Source: Corallochytrium limacisporum Hawaii (Eukaryota; Protista; Pluriformea). Taken from it: a DNA stretch of 64,000 nt. Location of the stretch: assembly GCA_002811645.1 (NCBI GenBank), contig PDIP01000051.1:109127-173126 (forward strand). The letters run 5' to 3'. The notes under the pieces were generated by a model. The model had not been told where the DNA came from and ran no database searches. It saw only the letters and a list, made by a program, of their open reading frames with translations. Numbering within the stretch: the stretch's first letter is position 1; each line of letters opens with the position of its first letter. The position numbers were made by a program, and so were the translations under genes. This document shows positions 56,673 to 64,000 of this stretch, piece by piece.

Positions 56673-58597
56673 GGCTGCTCTTTTTGCTGGGCCCGTGGTG
56701 GTGTCTTTGTCTGGAAGATCAGGTAGGCGGCTCAAAGCCAACTTTGTGTCCTTATGTCTTCCTTTGCTTGATTCGTGTCCAGGACTCTTAGTTGCTTTGG
56801 TTTTCTGGAGCCATTGAAATTCCGAATGGGACCTGACCTTTGATCTTGATTACGTATTCCGTTTCTTCCAGTACACGTCTGTGTTCCATTCACCAGACTG
56901 TTCTCGCTGAAAAACCTATCAGGAAAGGTCAACGTTCCCTTGTGTAATTCAAGTTTGGCAGTAAGCCAGCCTTATGTCTTGATGTACGTGATCGCTACTA
57001 CCTTTTCTCTAAGTAAAGTATGTAAGAAAGAGGGCATGGTCTCCTAAGACAAAATTGGAAATTGTGCGTATATCGGCGTCATGGATCTCGCCGATGACTA
57101 TTCTCCAGTTCTTTCACCTTATCTCTATATCTTGTTTTTTGGATGCGATCATCATCTATTCTTCTTCCTGAAACAAAACTCAAACAAGAAAAGGAATGAA
57201 TAAGAGAGGCGTGCCCACAGCGAAGGTACCAGCAAACTTTGGGCCGTGTCGGCCACCCCCCTTTTCCCCCCCTCCTCTTCTCCGCATTTCGTTCTCTGCA
57301 TTCTAATGTTCCCAAGGGTGATGATGGCCAAGAGTACTGGCACCAAAAAAAATAAAAGGAGTTATCCATACCGTGTTGGCCGCTACGGTACATAACCTAC
57401 TCACACCATGTCTCCTTCTCGTTAGGGCACTGTGTTAGACCTGTGATTGCCATGGAGAGCCGGCCTTCCTCCCTGCTTCCCTCCCCCTTACTCCCGGGTA
57501 AAAAAAAAGGGGGGTGGTTAGGCACCTGGGATAGTGGGGAAGGCGAGGAAGGCGCAGGGCCCAAGAAGAAGAAGAAGGGGGGGGGAAAGGGGAGCTTGGG
57601 CCTCTCCAGGCCGACGCTGCGGAGAAGCCGGCCCTGTGATTGGCCAGAATCATCGACGGTTATCTTTGGGACCGGGCGAAAATGGCGGGTTTTGGGTGGG
57701 GGTGCTTAGTGGCGGTGTACCCACCCCCCGTGTCCTTCCCCCCACCACCTCTAGGAGACCGAGGCACTGAGTCAGCGCAGTGGCTGGACGAACCCGTTGG
57801 CTGGTGGTCCGGTGCTCACCGGTTGCGGTATGGGCAATGGATGTTGCGTGTGTACCCCTGGTATGCCTGCCTTGGGGGTAAGATGGTCTCAGGTTTTGAA
57901 ACGGAGTTTGTAGCACCTTGTGCTTGTCTGGAATGGACAGATGGAAGCCCATACACCAGGCTTTTGGTTTCAAAGTGCAGCGGGAAATAACCGGCGATGA
58001 TGATGAACTTGGTGATGGACCTGCGAATGGAACCATGGTACCCGCAAATTATTTGGTCTGATTCCAAAACGTTCCAAAGAGGAGACTTGCAGACACAGAC
58101 TCAGAGAGGTGCATCATGCCTAGTCATACTGATTTCGAAGACATCCCCGCGTGTTGTGCAGATTTGCGAAATGGTAGCGGTTGGTTACCTCCCTTTTGGA
58201 CAACGATTGACGGGGAACGAGATCATGGCCGTTCAGTTCCTCTTCTTCCGCTGGTCGTTGTCAATTGTTTTGTCACCAGTACCAAACGCCTTCCATACGC
58301 TTAGGCTCTCCTCTGTGAAGAAATTTTCTTAACCCCTGATGGGGTTCGGTCTACTCCTAAGCCCCTTCCCCCAAGACTGGGGCCCCGGATCAATTACGCA
58401 CAGGCTTGCCTTTCGTTCGATACCCCGGACAACTCCCTGTTCTCAAAAGGTTTCCATATTTGTGTCTATTTTTTTTCCTCTGCTTTCTCATGGCGTGGCA
58501 TAGGCATCGTATATTCACGTCGGTGTGATTAAATGTTGATGATGGGCGCGCTTTACTGGTTGGTGGTGTGAAACCTTTGACGACAATCGGTGCAGTT

Positions 58598-59857
58598 CTA
58601 TACCATTTTGCGTGCCACGGGAGGCAGATAGCTCAGCTCGCTGTCGTGCTGTTCTCCATCGTCATGATCAGCAGTGTTGACGCTGCTGTCTTTCTTCGTT
58701 GTCTCCACCGTCATTTGCAGATCCAAGTCCTCTTGCACTGCCGAAATCTCGCGTGAGAGCTCCAGTTCCCGTTCAAGGCGCTTAAGTTTGCGATCCCTTC
58801 GGTTTTCCCGTCGCTTCTTCGTGGGGTCTTCTGGCATCTTATGCTCCCAGTCTTCCAGCGGTAGGCGCTCCGCGACACGCAATCGAGCACTGCGGGCCCG
58901 TGGGTTTGCACTTTTCTCGGCAACCGTGACCCGCAGCGGATGCTCTCGGCGGATAGGCAGCAGCCATGGCCGCTGTCCGCGTGACTGACACCCATCCGAC
59001 GCTTCGTGGATGGTATTGTTCAGGATGCGGTGCTCTCCGCTGTGGAAAGTCAGCCCAACCAACCGACCACCCGGCGCCAACAGGGAGCGGCATGCTTTCA
59101 GCCCAGCCGCAAATTCCTTATCCTCCTCATTGACCATGATGCGCAGGGCCTGAAACACTCGTGTTGCCGGATGGAGAGTGTATTCCTGGCCACGTATGCT
59201 CCTGACTTCCTTCTGGTAGTCCGGGACCGCGTGCTTGACTACCTCTGCGAGCTGGAGGGTGGTGCGGATCTTACCATTCTGCTGACGGTACTTCACGATG
59301 GCATCCGCAATTTCATCACAGTGCCGCTCGCCACCATGCTGACGAAATGCTTTGGACAGTTCACGTGCAGAAAGTTGGTGAACCAGCTCGTCCGCCGCCC
59401 GACAGTTCATGTCATCAATATTTGTGTTTGCAGCCCCCATGCGCATGTCCAGGGGACCGTCGGTGCGCAGACTGAATCCCCGTGTCGGATCACGCAGCTG
59501 TAGTGCGCTAGTCCCTGCATCAAAGACGATTCCAACAGCTTCGTGGCGCTCCATTCCTGCCCCCAGCAGGGCACTGACCATATTCGAGTGTTTGGCATGG
59601 ACGGGCACCACCCGGCCCGGATACAGGGATCGCAGGTGCTGAGCACGTTGCCATGCAAGCGGATCTCTGTCTACAGCAAAAACGACCGCGTCCGGCACGG
59701 CCTCAACGATGCCAATGGTGAAGGATCCAGCACCGAAAGTTGCGTCCACGAAGACCGGACGTGGATGATTTCCAGCTCGGTGGCTGAGGAGGTATTCCAA
59801 GCTTTCCCGGAGCATCACGGGTACGTGCCCGAACTTCCTACGCAGGGACTGTGACAT
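58598..59857 (-). CDS. METTL15: RsmH/MraW-family rRNA m4C methyltransferase (mitochondrial METTL15-like)
   Basis: HVPVMLRE, VDATFGAG, RGFSL...DGPLDMRM, HPATRVFQALRIMVNEE, NPRARSARLR. Confidence 0.9.
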   Translation of the reverse strand: MSQSLRRKFGHVPVMLRESLEYLLSHRAGNHPRPVFVDATFGAGSFTIGIVEAVPDAVVFAVDRDPLAWQRAQHLRSLYPGRVVPVHAKHSNMVSALLGAGMERHEAVGIVFDAGTSALQLRDPTRGFSLRTDGPLDMRMGAANTNIDDMNCRAADELVHQLSARELSKAFRQHGGERHCDEIADAIVKYRQQNGKIRTTLQLAEVVKHAVPDYQKEVRSIRGQEYTLHPATRVFQALRIMVNEEDKEFAAGLKACRSLLAPGGRLVGLTFHSGEHRILNNTIHEASDGCQSRGQRPWLLPIRREHPLRVTVAEKSANPRARSARLRVAERLPLEDWEHKMPEDPTKKRRENRRDRKLKRLERELELSREISAVQEDLDLQMTVETTKKDSSVNTADHDDGEQHDSELSYLPPVARKMV

Positions 59858-60000
59858 TTGAGTTTTATTTTATGCTCTGTTCCGTGCTTTCTATGGATCA
59901 ATCACAATACGTGTGAAGTATCGGCTTAATTCTCACGTCATGGCTGAAGCAGATCTGTGGTTTCCACGTATCATTGTTCTCTTCCCTCTAATTACAGATC

Positions 60001-60006
<6 letters not shown>

Positions 60007-60034
<28 letters not shown>
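60007..60034. repeat. (TA)14 microsatellite
   Basis: Seen directly, upstream of the METTL15-like gene. Confidence 0.95.
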
Positions 60035-60038
<4 letters not shown>

Positions 60039-61593
60039 TCTGAGAAAATATGGTTTTAAGGACATTTGCTTCTGATAATCTCTTATGGCGGTGAGAAAAC
60101 TTGAAATAGCAGAAGACAACAGAGACCCCAGATGGCTGCCCACGAAACAGCCCAATTCGAGCGCGTTGAGACCCCCCCTCTCCGCGTGCGGGTCCCGCAT
60201 TATAAAATCCAGAAATCAAAATTCAATCAAATGCTGGGAAAAACCCACTCCGTATGTTGGGTATGGAATGTCGAAATACGGGAAGCTGAGAATTGGTATA
60301 TACCCAAATAATTTGGTACTAAATATATTGACGTACGCAGGTCATACCTATACAGCCACCGCCCAATTAGTCCGCAGAGAGGGTGAGAATATTACATATA
60401 AAGAATTTATAAAGAGCTGAATATATGACTTTGCCATAGGTCACACCTATGCAACCCTAATTTTAGCATCAACTCCGTCGCCGGTTGTGTTGCAATCGTG
60501 ACCACATCGCGCTACGGGTCCCGAGGCCGAGCGCAGAGAACTGCGCCGCGCTACAATAGTCACTGGCTTTTTTTTGGTTGCGAGTTTTTGGGGCAAGGAC
60601 TGCCGTACACCTCGTCACCATCACCAGGCAAATCAGAATGTGGCCGTTCTCGTTCTGTTGCCTCTGCAAGTCCTTCGAGCAATCGATGAATACGGGACCA
60701 TTCTCAAGTCTACCACATTGTAGAAGGACGAGATCGTTCTCTCGTCCACACCTTGATCGACGGCTTGAATGAAAACACAGGAAGCCACATGTAGCCGCGA
60801 CTGCGAGTACACTGTTAAGACTTTGTTGAGCATCCTAGAACCTCACCGCGAACATCCAAGAATAGTAACAAGAAGCTCCACAGAGCAATCTGAGAGAAAA
60901 CAGAGCCCTCGTTTTCATCCATCCATCCGTCCATTAGGGCTGCTGGGGTTGTCGAGTCATAGAGCACGCAATTCGCCGCACTGCTTGCGATAAAGTGTGC
61001 GCGCCGAACCTGCTTCTCGAATGAGCAAAACCAAACGGACCCCAAAAACTTACGCACCATCCCAACCTCGGTTGCGGGGCTGTGGCTTACCTCTCTGTTG
61101 CTTCGGCGCTCCGCCGGGACTGCCACCAGTTTTAGCACACCACCGCACGGACAGGGGTGCGGATGAAACCGGACAAACGAGGTGGACTGTTTGGACGCTG
61201 ATTTGTTGCATTTGGTGATGAGTACGACCGGTTCGGTATACCCAGAAACTCGACGGAATGTATTCAGACAACATCTACTTCTGTATCTGGTTGTGTGTTC
61301 AACTATTTCAGAAAGGACTACACGTTCCATCCTGACCAGTTGGCCACTGGAAACGGCACGAAAGGTACCATCCGTTCCTTGGACAGCTCAATACTCCTCT
61401 CTCACAGAAGCCGCGGGACGGTATTTCAGTGAAAATAAACAGTAGAAAGAGGGACAGAGAGACTGTGTGTATGCGGATTCATAGTCTGGTATCAAGTAGA
61501 GGAACATGGCATAGGTGGTAAAGCCATCAGAAAGCATAGAACAGTACAGCTTCGCTGAGAGTAGTCAAGTGAAGCAGAGAAGAGGTCACAGTC

Positions 61594-63525
61594 ATGTCAG
61601 ATCGGATCGACCTGGATGAACTGGCCCGCTTGGTCGAGAATGCGATCAATGAAGGAGGAGCCACTTCCGTCCTTACAGCACATCGACCTAGCCGCTATCG
61701 GATTCCTCTTGGGGACGTCAAGGCCGCCGTCCATCACTTTCTCTGCTCGACATGCTACGAATATGGGCACACTTGGGATCCATCGTGTATAGGATCTACG
61801 GCGACAATTTGGTGGTCTGTGTTCCGACATGCGCTTGAAATTTACGGCACTCTCTTCTTTGCAAATTCTGTGCTGCGCGGACAGGGGCCCAAGACTATAG
61901 CCACCAAGACAGTGCCAGCAGTATTGCAAAGCGCAGTGTTCCTGGCCTGCTACGGTGGTGCATTCATTGGCAGCTTCTGCCTTTACCGAAACATTTTGGG
62001 GCGCCTGTACGCTCCAATTTCGGGCTATACTGCAGGATTTACGGCGGGTGCGCTCAGCATTTTGGTCGAGAAGAAGTCACGGCGCAGCGATCTAGCTTAT
62101 TACTGCCTGAATCACGCTCTTAGTGTGGTCTACAACATGTACTCTGACGCTGGATACCTACCCAAGTCCATTCCGGGCGCAGACGCTTGGATCTTTGGTA
62201 CGGCAATGGCATTGATTATGCAACAGTACAACTCAGATCGGAGCATGGTTCCTGGCGCGGTTAGGCCCATCATCACAGCCATGCTCGAATGGGGCCCCTT
62301 GAACGGCAGTGGATCCATCAGTCAGCATGTCGAACGCTGGATGACCGGTGATGACAGTGTCAGTCGGGACCCGTCCCTTGAGTTCCTGAATAAGGTAGAA
62401 GATGAAGATCCGGTTGACCACGAACAAAAGTTTGACCAGACCGCCATGACGCTGGAAGAAGCCTTGGAACGACGAGAAGAAAAGATTCGAAAACGCCGAC
62501 GCATGCTCATCTTCCTATCACTTTTCCGCGTCATGGAAAGGGGCACGAAGGCCGGGCTCTGGACCTTTTTGGTCGCGTACGGCATACGCGGCACCATTTC
62601 TGGTCTTGGCACCCTCGTCCGTTCTCGCAATCCGCGCAAACTGTACGAAGCCTTCGCGGCGCCCTCCACGCGCAACTTTGCTCTGTTCCTCGGCCTGTTC
62701 GCCGGTGTCTATACAACGGCCAAGGGTCTGCTCGACGGAGGAGTCGCAGATGAGCCTCAGCGAAAGTACAGGGCTGCTGAACGACAGCGTCTGGCTGCCG
62801 AAAAGGCCGCTCTCCAAGTGCAGCTCGAGGAGGACCTTGCAGCGGAGGCCGCTGCGGCGCGAGAGGTCCTGGAAGCATCCAACTCTGGATGCAGCGGCGA
62901 CCCTGATAGCCCAGACGCTGATGACGATGCCTTCTCGCCCGCCGAGATCGCCCGAGCGGACGAAGTCGGCGGACCGAAACACAAGTTACACCGCACTCGC
63001 AGCCGGCACACACGCCAGAATCTGGACATCGTGGAAGCGACCCTTGGAAAGATTCCAGTAGATACCAATGTTCCTGCTAATCCGCCGCTCTGGAAACCCG
63101 TGCGCTATAGCGCCGCACTGGCTGGTGCGGTGGCAGGAACCAGCATTCTCTTCTTGCCTAACCGCGAACTGAGCATGTTTTTCCTGTCCAAGGGCATTGA
63201 GGTGGTGGTGCGCCAGGCCATGGCGCAGGGCTACATGCCCGACTGGTACCATTGGGATACGTTCCTGTTCGCCGGGACGTGCGCCACCATCTTCCACACA
63301 GCGCTGTGGAGCCCACACTATCTCCGGCGCAGCTATTGGAATTTCCTGCTCCGGATCACAGAGAATCGCTTTGCGAGCATGAACAGAGCACTAAGTGTGA
63401 GCAGGGGCGTGGACTATGCACAGTACCTGGCCTACTCGAAGCCTTACGGAGAATACATGTGGCCGGAGAAGCGGGCTGCTCTGCAAGCCGCTGCGAACGC
63501 TATCAGCAGCGGGGGTGCAATGTGA
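61594..63525 (+). CDS. TMEM135: TMEM135/PMP52-family membrane protein
   Basis: CYEYGHTWDPSC, QSAVFL, SILVEKKSRRSDLAYY, PHYLRRSYWNFLLRITENRF. Confidence 0.88.
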   Translation: MSDRIDLDELARLVENAINEGGATSVLTAHRPSRYRIPLGDVKAAVHHFLCSTCYEYGHTWDPSCIGSTATIWWSVFRHALEIYGTLFFANSVLRGQGPKTIATKTVPAVLQSAVFLACYGGAFIGSFCLYRNILGRLYAPISGYTAGFTAGALSILVEKKSRRSDLAYYCLNHALSVVYNMYSDAGYLPKSIPGADAWIFGTAMALIMQQYNSDRSMVPGAVRPIITAMLEWGPLNGSGSISQHVERWMTGDDSVSRDPSLEFLNKVEDEDPVDHEQKFDQTAMTLEEALERREEKIRKRRRMLIFLSLFRVMERGTKAGLWTFLVAYGIRGTISGLGTLVRSRNPRKLYEAFAAPSTRNFALFLGLFAGVYTTAKGLLDGGVADEPQRKYRAAERQRLAAEKAALQVQLEEDLAAEAAAAREVLEASNSGCSGDPDSPDADDDAFSPAEIARADEVGGPKHKLHRTRSRHTRQNLDIVEATLGKIPVDTNVPANPPLWKPVRYSAALAGAVAGTSILFLPNRELSMFFLSKGIEVVVRQAMAQGYMPDWYHWDTFLFAGTCATIFHTALWSPHYLRRSYWNFLLRITENRFASMNRALSVSRGVDYAQYLAYSKPYGEYMWPEKRAALQAAANAISSGGAM

Positions 63526-64000
63526 ATGGCGTCATAGAGTGTAATAAATCGGCCTGTTGTAGTCATCCATGATAGTGATCGAGCGAATGAGTATGCCCTT
63601 TGACCTCTGTACATACCATAAAGCCTAATCAAAACAGACTCCGATTACTGATCGATGAAATTGGTGTCGGATGAAACCAACTGAGGTCTTTGATGCCGCG
63701 ACGGACTAGGAAAATCGACTCCTACTCACATCGGCCAGACCCGGTAGATTCACTATGGCAGCAACCGCCCAGTTGAATCAAATATTATATACGGAATATT
63801 GAAAAGAGTAAATGTTTATATACTACAATAATTCAGATATGTATACGAAACCTCTGTAAATTAAGGCGCGATCAGACGCCAAGGTAAGTTGGTAGCTTAA
63901 ATCCGGCTTGTCTTGGGGTTATACGCTTTAAGGAACTTTGATACTATCCTCTGCGTCGAAATATTGCTCCAAATCACATTTAATCAACCGGAATAAGGAG

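Overview
Compact, gene-dense eukaryotic nuclear DNA, not prokaryotic. It holds about 27 protein-coding genes on both strands, many in head-to-head pairs, and every recognisable CDS (up to 1280 aa) is one uninterrupted ORF. Recognisable families: PEX26-like, BAR-SH3, tomosyn/Sro7, TLDc, fimbrin-type CH, PP6c, PP1 inhibitor-2, NAP1, class-3 lipase, ClpP, RBBP4, CENP-O, Erv41/46, eIF3h, PSD2, Rad16, type I asparaginase, NOPCHAP1, MTFP1, derlin, ankyrin-repeat, METTL15/RsmH, TMEM135. The mix of animal-like and fungal/plant-like genes with intron-free CDSs suggests an intron-poor unicellular opisthokont such as a Corallochytrium-like holozoan (inference only). Most notable: (1) short GT-AG intron candidates sit just upstream of about half the start codons while CDSs have none, and four have ATG as the last exonic triplet; (2) a TPR reading frame broken only by in-frame TGA codons; (3) a half-fimbrin fused to a long coiled coil; (4) a UBA-like domain and 12-bp repeat inserted in tomosyn. 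Intergenic regions carry G/C homopolymers and microsatellites, and three N gaps abut G/C runs. I found no rRNA, tRNA, CRISPR array or transposon. All family calls come from motif recognition by eye; no database search was run.
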